Origin: Hormiphora californensis
Taxonomy: Eukaryota > Animalia > Ctenophora
Length of the DNA stretch: 64,000 bases
Reading direction: 5' to 3'
NCBI GenBank assembly: GCA_020137815.1
Contig: CM035360.1
Location: 6,634,001 to 6,698,000, forward strand
The position numbers were made by a program, and so were the translations under genes. The notes under the pieces are model-generated. The model did no database searches. It was not told the DNA's origin and was given only the letters and a program-made list of their open reading frames with translations. Shown here in pieces: positions 39,407-53,382 of the stretch (position 1 is its first letter; each line of letters starts with the position of its first letter).

Positions 39407-40752
39407 ATGTCTGTAGTAGTGGATGGAGTAGTGCACGCTTACCTGGTCTCTGTCAGTGACAAGCTAGCTAAACAGTTCGCCAAGAAGAGGCCCAACTTCA
39501 CCCCCTGGACTGGGCCCTCTATTGATCAGCTGATACAGTTCTTTAAAGAGAAGTGAGTAGAAACTGGGAGACTGAACTGAACTAGAAAGGCTGAATTTCA
39601 GTAGAATGGTTTTTTCCTTCGACAATTTGTTCCGTATCCTCTAAATCCCCTCTAACATGAATACTCTTCCCTCTCCCAGTAACAAAGAGCCAGTAAAAGA
39701 AGAGCCTGCCCCTGCTCCCACTACCAATGGAGCCACTACCACTACTATAACAGAGACTAAAAAGGGCAAGAAGAGGAAGTTCGCTGAGGTCAGTGTAGAG
39801 GAACCTGCTGCCCCTGCTACTGGAGAGAAGAAGAGTAAGAAGAAGAAGAAGAAGGCTAAAGCTTCACCTATTGTTGGTAAGTTTTGGGACTGAGACTGCT
39901 TTGGACTAGGATTTTTGTAACAAATATATAATGGATAAAACAGATCTCGGTTTACTAATCCCCTCTCTTCATCAGCAGCAGTCGTAGAGAATCCAGTTGC
40001 TGAAGAGGAAGAGCCTCCAGCAGCGCCACTCGCACCTCCCCCTGTAGAGGAGGAACCTGTCGCAGTGGTGGAGGAGACCCCAGCAGTAGTAGCAGAGGAG
40101 ACACCAGCAGTAGTGGAGGAAGAGGAGGAGGAGTCAAAGGAGAATGAGGAAACTAACAACAAACCTAAGAAGAGCAAACGTGAGTAGTAGACTATAATAA
40201 ACATCCCGAACTAAACTTGTTGAGTTCACAAAACTTGTTTCCAATTCGTTACTGGACCTTCTCATTCCACTAAACCTAACATCCCACTTCTTCTCCCCAG
40301 TGAAAAAAGGGGCCAGTAATTCCTTTAGACGGGTCAAAGAGGAAGAGATAGTGATCAAGAAGAGAGAACTAGCTAACAATGATTTCGATGCCAAACAGGT
40401 ATGTTCCAACCCTTTCCCCTTCCTTTCTACCCATGTTCCAACAATCCAACCCCTCCAGCTCGACTCCCCCTCCCCTTTTCCCGAACTTGGTTTAACTTCT
40501 ATGGAACTTGTTCTCCTACCCTAATCAACCCCACTTGGTATTTTGGCAACATTTACTGTTCTCTAAGTTCTAACCAATCCTTTCTCCACCCAGGGAGCTG
40601 ACGGGTACGGAAAGATAGCCAACGAGATCCTCAAGTTTACGAAGGGGAAGAGTTTCAGACACGAGAAGACGAAGAAGAAGAGGGGGACGTACAAGGGTGG
40701 TCCCATCAACATGGGTGTAACCTCCATCAAATTTGATTCTGATTCTGACTGA
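39407..40752 (+). CDS. NOLC1: Nopp140/SRP40 nucleolar phosphoprotein, compact form (~267 aa)
   Basis: Exons 39407-39552, 39680-39876, 39976-40179, 40301-40398, 40594-40752. LisH-like N-terminus and SRP40 C-terminal domain FRRVKEEEI...ANEILKFTKGKSFRHEKTKKKRGTYKGGPINMGVTSIKFD. Confidence 0.9.
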
Positions 40753-41072
40753 ATACTTGAACATTGTTTTTAGAGAGCGTGTGTGTATTTATCTCCCAAT
40801 TCTACCGGGGGAGGAGAGATTGGACTAATTTATTTTAAATGGTTGACAGCGGGGGTGTATTTTCTCTCAGTTTAATTTATTGCCACCTTCAGAACTTTTA
40901 CTTTTACACCATCACCGAAATATTGTTGTCGTTAGTATTGCTGGAATTCTGGGTATGCATGGGGCAAGGTGTAACTTGTGCTTAATTAATGTCACACCAT
41001 GTTGCATTTTGGTGGTGTCACGCACTGTCACGGAGTGGTTCCGTGACCCCTCACGCACTCCCGCGACATACC

Positions 41073-41909
41073 GGGGGGGGTGCCGGCCAATAATTAATGA
41101 GGATGAGGTCTTGTCCAGCGTTTTTCGAATTAATGAGGGCCCTCAAAAATCCTCAAAAATCCTCAATAATCCTCAACAATCCTCAACAATTATTTTATAG
41201 TTTTTACAAAAAATTTGACGATTACGCATACTATTGGGCATACACATTCCTTAATAGGAGTAGAACAGTTAGACAATTTTCCCAGATACCCTGGTGCTGT
41301 CTGGCGCCGCGACCCATCTGGCGCCGCCAGACAGCCCTGGTGATGGTCCCCTGATGGTCCTAAAAACATCCTCAGAAGTCCTTAAAATGAGGCGAAATCG
41401 TCAATATAAATATGGGGTAAATTTGTACTCTGACGCGTGAGGCCCGGGTTCGATTCCCGACTGGGCCCGGGTGGGGACACTTTTTTTTAAACTTTTGAAA
41501 ACTCTATAAATTATTTATAAATGATTTCTAAAAATTTTCTAGACATTTATCTTACTAGGCAGCAAAATCGTTGATTTTTGGGACAAAGTTGGCAGCATAT
41601 TTGACTGAAAATCGTATTTATCTAAAATTTTGAAAATCAAGCATGTGAAGTTAATAACTTTGCTAAAAGAACGCAGTGCTTCAAGTGTGGGAAGCCAAAG
41701 AGCACAGGCAAGAGCACTTGAATTGATAATCAGTGCATTTTGTACCTCTAAAATATAATCTATTATTTTTTTATCAGGCATTTGCTGTGTTTATGTTTAA
41801 ATAGAACGAAAAATTTTTGAGGATTTTTGAGGGCTTGTCCAGCAAATAATAAATGAGGATTTTTGAGGTGACCTCAAAAATCCTCATAAATTCCGGCCGG
41901 AACCCCCCC
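41073..41909. mobile_element. Non-autonomous DNA transposon (GG-starting TIR, 8-9-bp TSD; Merlin- or Mutator-like)
   Basis: Ends GGGGGGGGTGCCGGCC / GGCCGGAACCCCCCC; TSD GACATACC at 41065-41072 and 41910-41917; internal TGAGG/CCTCA sub-repeats. Confidence 0.8.
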
Positions 41910-44900
41910 GACATACCATGCTGCTGCGCGCACCAGAAACAACTCTCACCCCTCCGCGCGCGGGACTTTCATCACCAAGATCTCTCCGCGCCCTACGTCA
42001 AGTAGCACCATGTGTCTAACGTGAGCCTGCACTGCTGTTTTGCACATGATTAGCACCGGGTCGAGTTCACAGCAGCTGTTGTACTAGTACAATCTCACTA
42101 ACAGACACTTCATAGTTACTGCTAATTCACACTGAGATCTAGATCTACACAGAAGTAGCAGCAAACACAGCTGATTGGCTTTCTAACTCATTTCCATCAT
42201 TCTGCAAGTGCAATTCTGCAACATTTTCCAATCAATAATGGACAGCGGGGGGATATTCAGAAACTTCACCTTTTTCCAATTTTCATGTTTACGACGACCC
42301 ATTTCATTTCACTTCTTCATGTTCTTATCTCTGACTACTTCACTCCCGTGGATATTCAGATGTCTCTTTATTTAGTTTAGCACGTGAAAGCTTCTCTAAA
42401 CCAGCATTCTCTCTCTATCTCACTCTTCCTCTCACTCTTCCTCTTTCATTTCTCACTTCATGTCTACTCTCGTGCAAGGCAGTTCCAGGCACGGAGGGAG
42501 GGGGAGCTTGTTACGTAATAAAATGACGTCATAATTAATTCCACTGGCACTGCAGGAACCCCCCCCCCTCCACCTCCACTGAATATCCGGGCTTGGGTAT
42601 TGGTGATTTGGTAGGACAAGGGGTATTGGTAGTGGGTTTTAGAGTAAATCCACTGCATATATCCAGGGTTGTGTATTGTGTGAGGTTGGTACTGTGCTGG
42701 TTAGACGGACAGGAAATGGGGAGATACAGTAAATACACATAGTGGTAACCGCACACTGTCGACACACACTCAGAACAACTGCCTTGTTAGAGCACCCGAG
42801 CAGAGAGCAGCAGAGTAGGTGAGCTGAATGGGTGCTGAATTAAATAATCAGGGTCTGGGAGGATGATGAATGATGAACTTAATCCAATTTTGATAATCTC
42901 CTCTTTGTCCTGGATGTTTTCCAAGTCCCCTAAATTCTCGACACCAGGAATTATGTTTGGTACGGTAGTTGAATTTGAATGGTCATGTTATGTGTTAATC
43001 TAATTATCAGTCATGCGCTACTAATATTCCCTTCCCAATTTCAAGCCCTCTAGAATTTGTCACTCCTGAGCTACGCACGGGGAACACTAAATTTCTTTGT
43101 TTGGCAAATGCAAATACTCAATCCATCTCCCTACTACATAACACACACTTCTCTACCTCTCTCCCTGATCTCTCAGCAGCTTATGTCGCATGAGCGCAAT
43201 CATAACATTTCACACGAGAGGTTCAAATCTCTGGGAAACTTCATTTTCAACATTTTTCATGAGAAATCCTGGGGTTCTAGAAATCGTTCCGGTATGATCT
43301 CTCATTGCTCTAGATGGAGGAATGAAGGGAGATGAGAGAGAGGGGAGGGTGATCAGAGAGAGAGGGGAGGGTGATCAGAGAGAGAGAGAGGGGAGGGTGA
43401 TCAGATATTAAATTAAAAGAGTTCAATTTGTCAAACTCTCCCCACGCAATTTCATTCCTTTCTATTTTCCCATCCCCGCGGCTAGCTGTGAAAACTTGCT
43501 ACGTTGTATCTCTCTCTCAAGCTGAGAGAGAATGATCGTCAAGAGAGAGAGAGAGAGAGGAAGAGAGGTAGACACAAATCTCCCCTCCCACTACCGCCAA
43601 GCAAGACGTCTTACATCACGTGACCTCTCTCTCCACCAATCAGGATCAAGGATTACCTAATTGAATAGAATTGAATACAAGTGCTGCTAGCGTGCACCCC
43701 CTGTTCGTGCAAGGCCCCGACAAGCACGAAGTATCACGTGACCCCCATATCCGGTAGTAGTGTGATCTGATAGTATGATACAACAACGGTAACTTCACAC
43801 AATAGCTCTGTCTGAGTGGAGGGAGGTTTTGACAAATTGTAGCGAGATAGGTCATGATGAGCATATGTCTGTGCCAGTCGGTTCCATATACGGGGTGATG
43901 GGGAGTAGCTGGGACCAGGTTGAACCTAGGATTGGGAGGGAGGGTCAAGGAGGTACTAGGTTGATAATTAATCTCCGTGTCCCTACCCTTCAATATTTTA
44001 TTTCTATTTATCAGGGTCGAGAAAGGCCACTGGATATGGGATAGAGTGTCTATCATGCCAGTATTCTGTTTACCCCCAGATATGGGAGGGCCGGAGAGTG
44101 TGTGGACCTGTGCTGGCAGTGAATCTTATCCCCCCTCTGTTTTATATCCGGGTACATGCCAACTTAACACTTCCCAGTGTGCTATAAATAGCATCAGAAT
44201 ATCGGATTTGAGGAGTCGGCCAACAAGACTGGCGTGGGGATATATAATAATTCAGCTGCTTCAGAGCATGAACAATAAAGATATGGAATGAAAAATGGGA
44301 ATTTCTGGAAGGAATACTATTGATTCCAAATAGGAAGGCTCAAGGTTGAACGGAGGCCGGAGGAGGGGGATATAATGTGGCACACTTTTCACCCACTTTT
44401 CACCTTTTGTATCAAAGTTACCAACAAGTGGCGGGGTATGTGCCATTGGAAGTGAAAATTGGAGTCATAATAGACAAAGATAACAAGAGAGAGAGAGAGA
44501 GGGGGGGGGAGAATGGGGAACAAAGAACGTGAGAGAATGAGAGGGGTGTCTTTAGAGAGGTGTTGAGTGGATGGTACCATTATCAACTTGTGGTGCATTT
44601 AAAATGGGACGATCTAGAAATGAAGGCCCTCTGTGTACATTGTGGATGCCCCATTATACTGGGGTCTTTGTTGGGTTCTTGACATTGACATGATTTGGCA
44701 CATGTTGTGTGGACTGTGGGAACAAGTTGCCTTGTTCGACCCTCCCCGCACGGTTTGAAGACAAGGAACATGTTTAAAATGTCCTACGGCACTTGACCGC
44801 TATAATTCTAGGGAATCAAAGTCTGACTTTATACAACGATAACTTCGTTAGCGGGTACTGTCAAAAAGCAGGGAGTTGTTATCAATGGTATATACCCAGA

Positions 44901-46574
44901 CCCGACAACAATTCAGTTATGATAACAAGCAAAATGTCATGTTAAACCCAATACATGCTTGTCTCTTCGATAGACAAATGCATTCGCCCAGCACATGTTT
45001 TTGTTTTAAAAAGTTTGGCACTTGGATGTTGCCATTTTCTTGATAATATTATTGTCTGACACATAAGGAGAAAATCTGGCCAGTATTTAGAAAGTGTTCG
45101 GCTAACTATACTTCAGTGCTGCTCCCATGGAGTTTGGGTTATTCTAGGGAGGGTGAAGTACAGAAATAACAAAAGTATTTTAATCTGTAATCCACCTTTC
45201 ACCCTTCACATTACTGTCGCTTGTGCTTCACAGCTAGCTGGTCTGAATTTAGCACATGATTATGTGTGAGAAATTCATTGATAAATGTGAAAAAAGCTGA
45301 TGAGTGATGAATATATCATGAAACTTTCTGAATTACAACTCATTTTTATCCCTTTTTTCTCACGTCTCATTCTCAAGATAGTCGTCAGAGTGTCTACTTC
45401 AGCTAGTCACATGACCGTCTACTACAGCTGGAAAGTACTTGTTTTTGCAACAAATTAAAACTTGTGAGTCTCTTTCTCTCTTTCTGTCTCCCCGGCCCCC
45501 TCTATCTCTCTGTCCCTCTATCTCTCTCTCTCTCTGCAAGGTGTATCAGCATCATGCATGGTGCCCGGTAATTAAACTGAATTGAATGTGATCACTTCAC
45601 TGCCCCTCCTCCCTCTCCCATTGGCCAACTATCCCATCACGTGACTGATATCCTGTATCCTGATTGGTCCAGAAGGAAGGGGAAGGGACGCTTTGAGGAA
45701 TTGATACTAATAAAAAACGTGTCTACGGGGTCTAGGGAAGCAATTTCATGTCCCTTTTGATAGCGATTGAGGGACAGTTTTCCAAACATTCTACAACATA
45801 TCTCTCAGAGGATTATCCCAGACGTCCATATAGCAGCTAATTCCCACCCAAAATTAGCTCAAACCTTCCCCAATTTTCGAGTAAAATCCCCCCTCACACC
45901 ACACATATCATGGAGAGAGAGGAGATAAAAGTTACGGGGTCCCATTCTGGCCAATGACCATCCTCCCAGCCAATCACGTGACCCACATCTCACTGTGGGT
46001 AAAATGTTGTGGGTCGCGTGCGTTGACAGGTAAAGAGAGGCGCTGTTACGTCTGTGCTAAAACTTATAAAAACCCCTGCTAATGTCTCATGTCAGAGATC
46101 ACAGAGAGAGAGAAATTTGTAGAATGACAGTTGTGAGTTACATCACGACCCGGTTTGGTGCTTTGACACTTCTCTGGAAATTAATTTTTCATGTGACCTA
46201 GTAGGGGTCTAGAATACCCGAAAATTGGGTTCCCCTCCCCCCACAGGTCTGGCCCAAATATTTGCACTTTAATTAGGGCAGTCGGTGATAAATCATTATT
46301 CTGGCCACACGTCCCATCATTCCAAAAATACACTTCCTGGCCTTGAAATATAATTGTCATAGCATATATTTATCGTGATAGGGGCCGGGGTTGAGAAAAT
46401 TTGATTTTTCTTGTAGACATGTCTTATCGCCCTTTTAGGGATAAAATATAGCAAGTCTGAAAAATCAGGTTGAAGAAATCGGAGAATATAGGGCATTGTT
46501 TCAAACTTGCATCTATCAAATTTTCTCTCATTTCTCCCTATCTCTCCCTCTCCTGGCTCTAAAGACTGCTGATT

Positions 46575-46639
46575 TTTTTGGGGCCCGGGGGGGGGGGCCC
46601 CCGGGGGGAAAAAAAAAAATTTTTTTGGGAAAAAAAAAA

Positions 46640-46672
<33 letters not shown>

Positions 46673-48000
46673 AAGGGAAAAAAACCCAAAAAAGGGGGCC
46701 CCCCAAAAAAGGGGGCCCCCCCCCCCAAAAAAAAACCCCCCCAAAAAAAAAAAAGAGGGGGAAAAAAAAAAGGGGGGGGAAAAAAAAAAGGGGGGGAAAA
46801 AAAAGGGGGAAAAGGGGGGGGGGGAAACCGGGGAAAAAAAAGGGGGGCCCGGGGGAAAAAAAACCCGGGGGGGGAAAAAACCCCAAAAAGGGGGGGAAAG
46901 GGGGGGGGGGAAAAAGGACCCGGGGGGGGGGGAAAAAAAAGGGGGGGGAAAAAGGGGGAAAAAAAAAAAAAAAAAAAAAGGGGGGGGGTTGGGGGGAAAA
47001 AAGGGGGGAAAAAAAAAAAAAAAGGGGGGGGGGGAAAAAAAAAAAAAACCCCAAAAAGGGGAAAAAAAAAAAAAAGGGGGGGGGAAAAAAAAAGGGGCCC
47101 GGGGGGGGGTTTTTTTAAAAAAAAAAAACCAAAAAAGGGGGAAAAAAAGGGGGTTTTTTCCCCCCAAACGGGAAAAAATTTTTTTTTTTTTTTTTTTTGG
47201 GGGGGGGGGGGGGGAAAAACCCCTGGGGGCCGAAAAAAAAGGGGGGGGGGGGAAAAAAGGGGGGGGAAAAAAAAGGGGGGGAAAAAAAAAAACCCGGGGG
47301 GGGGGGAAAAAGGGGGGGGGGGGGGGGGGGGGAAAAAAGAAGAGAGAGAGAGAGGGGGAGAGGGAAAAAAAAAAAGAGAGAGGGGGGGAAAAGAGAAAAG
47401 GGGGGGGAAAAAAAAAAAAAAAAAAGGGGGGGGGGGGCCCCCCAATGGGGAAAAATTTAAAAAAAGGGGGTTTTGGTTTTTCCCCAACCCGGGGGGGGTT
47501 TTTTTAAAAAAAAAAAAAAACCCCTTTCCTTCCCCCCCCCCCAAAAATTAAACCCCCCCCCAAAAAAAAATTTTTCCCCCCCCCCCCCCCCCTTTTTTTC
47601 CCCCCCCTTTCCCAAAAAAAAAAAGGGGGGGGGGAAAAAAAAAAACTTTTTTAAAAAAAACCAAAAAGGGGCCTTTTTTTTCCCCCCCCCCAAAAAAAAA
47701 CCCCCCCTCTTTTTCCCCAATTTTCCCCCTTCTTTTTTAATTTTTTTTCCCGGGGTTTTTTGGGGGGAAAAAATTAAAGGGCCCCCCGGGGTTGGGGGTT
47801 TTTAAAATTTTTTTCTAAAATTTTTTTAAAAAAAAAGGAAAAGGGGGAAAAGGGGGGGGGGGGGGGGAAAGGGGGAGAGGGGGGGGGGAGAGAGAGAAGA
47901 AGGGAAAAAAAAAAAAGGGGGGGAGGAGAAAGAAGGGGGGAAAAAGGGGGCCAAAAAAAAGGGGGGAAAAAAAAAATTTTCCCCCCCTTTTCTTTTTTTC
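46575..48000. other. Homopolymer-run block, probably unpolished low-quality consensus
   Basis: Almost entirely runs of A, G, C or T; the K/G/F/P-rich ORFs here are artefacts. Confidence 0.85.
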
Positions 48001-49885
48001 GTACCCCGGGCCGCTATAGGAAGGACAGCATTCCCTACATATCTTTAACCCTGTATAGTAAGCGGTTCGTGTGTCGTGGGGTCAAGCTGAGCCCTGGAGG
48101 CGGATTCATTTATTAAAAAGCCAATCAATATAATATGCCTCCTTCTTCCCCACGGATTTTGAATGTCCCTGTCCGTACAAATTTAACACACGCTGTCCCA
48201 CACTAGAGCATTCTCCCCCCCCCCCACTCTCATTGTTTTCGCTCCCCTTCCTACATGCAAACAGGTCACATGATGGGGAGGTGGGGGCGCTCCAATATAG
48301 CACAAACTTTACTGTTTACACATAGTACTCTAAAATGGGACTGCACTGAGTGCTACTTCCTTCACGCTTGGAAAACAATGGCACCTCTCTCTCTCTAACT
48401 TCCACCTTCTATTCTAATCTTCATCCAGTTTTACTCCGTGGAGTATTGTAATGGCCTGGAAAACGGCATTGAGGACCCCCGGCAGGCTAGCTGGGGATCT
48501 GATGGAATGAGTTTTTTACTACTAAGTTTACTTACTTAGAGAATTTGGACATTCCTAGCGTAGCGGAGCGAGAGGGAAGGAGAAGTGAAGCGCGAGAGAG
48601 TTCGCCAAAAGGGCTGAGGATAAGTGCGCGAGAGAGATAGGGACGAGAGATAGCGTCTAGCTATGCCGGGGGCCCCCGTTCTCTCCTTCTCCTTCTCGTA
48701 TTCGGAGCAATCGATTCTTGTATAAAAAGACATCAAAGTTAATTTTCCACTCCCCAAGGGGTCTACACTACTCCTTTATAAAACTTTCTACTACACAGAC
48801 CTTTGTTCATTCATTAGCTCTGTGAATAAGGGGGTAGAAGCATGTAATTTCATTATGTGATGGGGAGAGAGGGTTGTAAGGGAGAGAGAGAGTGGTGAAG
48901 AAATGACCTGAGGGAGAATGGTGAAAAAAGAAATGGAGAGAGAGAAGAAAGAGTGGGTTAGGTGGGACAAAAAGAAAGATGCGTAGCAACTTTTTGATAA
49001 TATTACTCCAGCGGTCTAGCCCTCATTGAATCTCTTCTACTAGCTACTTTCCCCTAACCACAGATTTGGGGCCGTGCCCCTTCTGTCCCTCCATCTTTAA
49101 TGATTCTCTCTCTTTTTCTTCTTCTTCTCTCTCTCACCCTCTCACTCATCAAGAGATGTTGTGGTTTCACACGACGGTATCCGTGGTCACAGCTGCTGCG
49201 CCTTGAGTTACTATTGTGTATCTGAAAGAGAAAAGGAAGAAAGTTGAGAGAGGTTATAATATCTGATACACCAAACTGTCTAGACAGTCTGTGGATTCCC
49301 GTTGGTGAGCGTGCGTGGGCGAGTTGACAGATAAACAAACTGTGACCACCAACACGCCATATCTACATATAAAACCAACCAGTGATACATCTAATCACCT
49401 CTAATTACCTCTCGTATCAATGATACTATCATCTCTATTCTGTATACTCCCTCGATACTCGGTAGAGCTACCCTCAAGTAAGCCCAGCTAAACGCCCACC
49501 ACCTCCCCAATATAAACTATATCGGTTAGTACTCCTCCATGCAGGCAGGGATAGTAATTGGATTTTACACAAGACGAGCTTCCTTGTTTTCAGCAAGTGT
49601 ATACTACCCTGCATTATGTGTTGTACCAATGCTAACAAGACATGTAATAGGTGGGGGTAAACAACCCAGCAAACATGTTTGGTAAATGCCATTATTCTGG
49701 AAAATGCCAAACTTCTGGAAAATGCCATATTTTTGGGAAATTTCCCCTTTTCTTAGACTTTGAACATCATTTGATGCTAGGGAATGATGCAATTACAGAG
49801 GATTACTATTAGTGTAAGACGGTTGTTTACAGTTAGTTGCACTGCAGAGCCTGTCTGCAGTTGTACTAACTAGTTAGTGCCCTGA

Positions 49886-49948
<63 letters not shown>

Positions 49949-50842
49949 CTCTCTCCCACTCACTCAATCCCTGTCTGTAAGTTTGTCTGTGCAACAATCA
50001 AGAGAAAGTTGTTGTTGTGTTTGATCCATTGTTTCAAATCCTCACAACAAGTGAGACTCTGCATCATCAGCACCACACACATGCACTGTAGCCAATTTCC
50101 CGTTGCCAGTTATTGGAAAACACTTCACCTCCACTTCCACTAATAGCTCTCTCTCTCACAGAGTTTGTTTGCAAACACTGTGGAGGGAAGTGATGTGAGG
50201 GTGGGGGAGACAGAGAACGGAAGAGGAAGGGTGGAGTTAAATGTAGACGGGTTTTTGTTGTGTTTTTACTGTTCTACTCAATCACATAAAACTCCTTTAG
50301 AAATATCGAGAGCAGTGAAAAAATAAAAATGAATTGGTTGAAATATTTTCAATCAGAAGATCATGATCATTTCATTTCATGCAGTGAAGATCAGTATGCT
50401 ATTGAAAGATCAAGAATAGAAAGATGATGCAATTTTGGAGTCTGCATGTTTGGATCTTCTGAATTTTTTTCATTCCTGGTAATAATAATATCGTGATTGC
50501 TAAAATCAACTTGTCTAGTAGTCAGAAGTCAGAAGTAGTCAGTAGTTCAGGAGTCAACAATAATCTAGCCTTCACAGGCTTCCCTGAGACGTTAGACTCT
50601 ATTTCGACTTCATCAGGTCTATCAGCTACCACGCCGTCTAAATTATTGTTGTACTGGAACTCACACCTTAAAGGGATACTGACATATTCAAAAATTTTTG
50701 ACTTTTTCAACGATCCTGGGTGTGGTAACTGGTTGGGAGATAAAAATAGGATGAGTCGAAGTGCGAACTCTCTACTCGTTCTCAAGATATAATTATAGGG
50801 CCCCACCTTTTAGCACTTCGTAATTGGTTATGGTATAGGTAG

Positions 50843-51635
50843 TAGTAGAGTCGATAACTACATCGACCTCTCCCAATTGTTCCAGTTTTTGTCACATCTG
50901 TTTGGAGCCTCGACACGACCTCTAAACAGGTGTTACTTTTTCACAAACTGTTTTCATCTTGGTGTAATCAGCAGTTGAAATGTTGCTGATCATAACAAAA
51001 ACCTGACTAAATTTTTTCAACTTGGGGTAAAACCATGGGTGTCAAAAGTTAGCTCTAGGTCCCCTGAGTAACCATCCGGAGACTCCAAGAGATATTTCAA
51101 GCCGTTCTCCTGTAATCATTAATCCCGGTAGAGCACATATTTGAGTATGGACGTACGTGCAATTGCCTACAACCTCAACTTTAATGTATAACGTTAATGT
51201 GCGTCTCTCTCTTTTCTCCCCCTTGAGAAAGAGTTATCTCGCGCGGCGCAACCGCACGTGCGGTTTTTCCAGAGAGAGTGAGAGACATACAATAACATGT
51301 AAACAGCCTGCCAGCGCTCACGTACGTCCGCATTGTATTTTTTTCTCCACCGGGATTAATGATTACGGGAGAACGGCTTGAAATATCTCTTAGAGTCTCC
51401 GGATGGTTACTCAGGGGACCTAGAGCTAACTTTTGACACCCATGGTTTTACCCCAAGTTGAAAAAATTTAGTCAGGTTTTTGTTATGATCAGCAACATTT
51501 CAACTGCTGATTACACCAAGATGAAAACAGTTTGTGAAAAAGTAACACCTGTTTAGAGGTCGTGTCGAGGCTCCAAACAGATGTGACAAAAACTGGAACA
51601 ATTGGGAGAGGTCGATGTAGTTATCGACCCTACTA
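50843..51635. mobile_element. Fold-back element with ~290-bp near-perfect TIRs, inserted into the left arm of the Kolobok-like element
   Basis: 50843 to ~51133 is the reverse complement of ~51346-51635 with few mismatches; ~210-bp spacer; TATAGG direct repeat at both borders. Confidence 0.88.
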
Positions 51636-53382
51636 TAGGGGGAGAGTTTTATTGCAAATTACATGTAAACACGAGTCTGTTTATCTGTCAATATCTCAAC
51701 TTTCACATGCACGATTTTGACCGGATTTTTTTCTGGAAGTTAGAAATGTTTTAAATTTTTAGTATTTTCTGATGATCTGTATCAGAATGACCAAAAAAAT
51801 CAGTAAATAAACAAGTAAACAGTGCAGTTTGAGGTAAACTGGAGTAAGGTCAATTAGACCCAATTATGGGCAATTAGGGCACTTTGCCGACCTCTGAGGA
51901 CTTGGAAAAGTTGCTCACGTGATCATAGCGCTGGCAAGCGCCCGGGGCCCAATCCTCCCTCCCCCCAACCATCCTTCCCTTAAAAATGTCCATTTTCCAA
52001 GCATTCTTGCTTCCAGTGAATGGAAAATCGAAATTGCGAAAAAAACATTTTTTGAATTTTTTGAAAATTTTTGAAAATTTTGACAGCGCTACTATACTTA
52101 TTGTCTGAAATCGGCAATTTCAACTTTGTTTTAGACAACCTTCCCGTTGTCCTACGAACTTGTCGCTTGGTAGTTCGTGTTGCCTTGACACCTAGAGCAC
52201 ACGTTAAAAATTTCATGCAAATCGGAGTTACGGTTTTTACGTTACAAAGGGTCGTATTTTAGACAAAATGTCCGTTTTTCGCGTCACGAACCACCGAAAA
52301 GTAACGACTTTTTTGCGTACACAATAGAGGCCACAGTTTTAAAGCTATCACCATGAAACTTTGGGAGTCGGTAGGTCTACTGGTGTACCTTGTATTAAAG
52401 CTTGGACAGAGAAAACGGACAGTCATAACAAAAGTTATGACTGTCTTAAGTTTTCTTTGGCGTCTAAGACAGCTTTCCCGTCGTTCTACGAATACGCCGC
52501 TTGACACGTAATGTTGTCTCGACATCTTGAACACACGATCAAAATTTCAAGCAAATCCGAGTTACGGTTCTTCAGTTACGGGCATCTGACTGTATTAAGA
52601 TTTAAGACGATTTTCAAAAAAAACCTAGAAAAGAGCAAATTAAACTATAAATCATGATTTTATCACATATATTTTGCCAACGTAGGTCAACTGCTGTATT
52701 TTCAGATATAATTGGAATTCGTATCTAAATTTATGACTGTCTTAAATTTAAGACGATTTTAAAAACGCCTAGAAAGAAGCGTTTCAGAGTCTAAATTAAT
52801 ATTGAATCAGATTTATTTTATAAAATAAGGTTTACTGCCGCATTTTCAGTTATAATGGGTAGTCATATCTAGAGTTATGACTGTCTTAAATATAAGACGA
52901 TTTTTTAAAAAAACGAGAAAAGAGCGAATTAGCATCTAGAACCTGATTGCAACAGATATATTTGATTATCAATGCTTATCCGTGATCGTTATCCGTAACT
53001 AATAATCAAAATCAGAGAATAATCGTTGAGAACCAATCGCGGATATCAATCGCTGATAACTAATAAATAATAGTAATCGCGGATAACTAACCACGACAAC
53101 TCATCGCGAATGAGTAAGATGATAGTTACCAATGCGGATAGCTAATCTCAAATATAGCTAATCGCGATAGCTAATCGCGATAGCTAATAGCGATAGCTAA
53201 TCGCGATAGCTAATCGCGATAATTAATCGCGATAACTTATAACGGATTCGTGATCAGTTATCTGCGATTGGTTGTCCGCGATTACTATCATATTCGTTAT
53301 TCGCAATTGATATCCGAGATACTAGATGACATGCATTTTTTAATACAATCTGCATGTCATCTAGTATAACAAAATGCCTGAT

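Noticed and set aside
46317-47805. Long K/G- and F/P-rich ORFs (up to 309 aa)
   Set aside because: Translations of homopolymer-run, low-quality sequence; the same applies to the ORFs at 24669-25119.
50270-50806. ORFs 50493-50792 and 50522-50806, and a possible TGA=Trp (NUMT) reading
   Set aside because: The ORFs straddle the transposon end at 50672, and recoding gave no recognisable mitochondrial protein.
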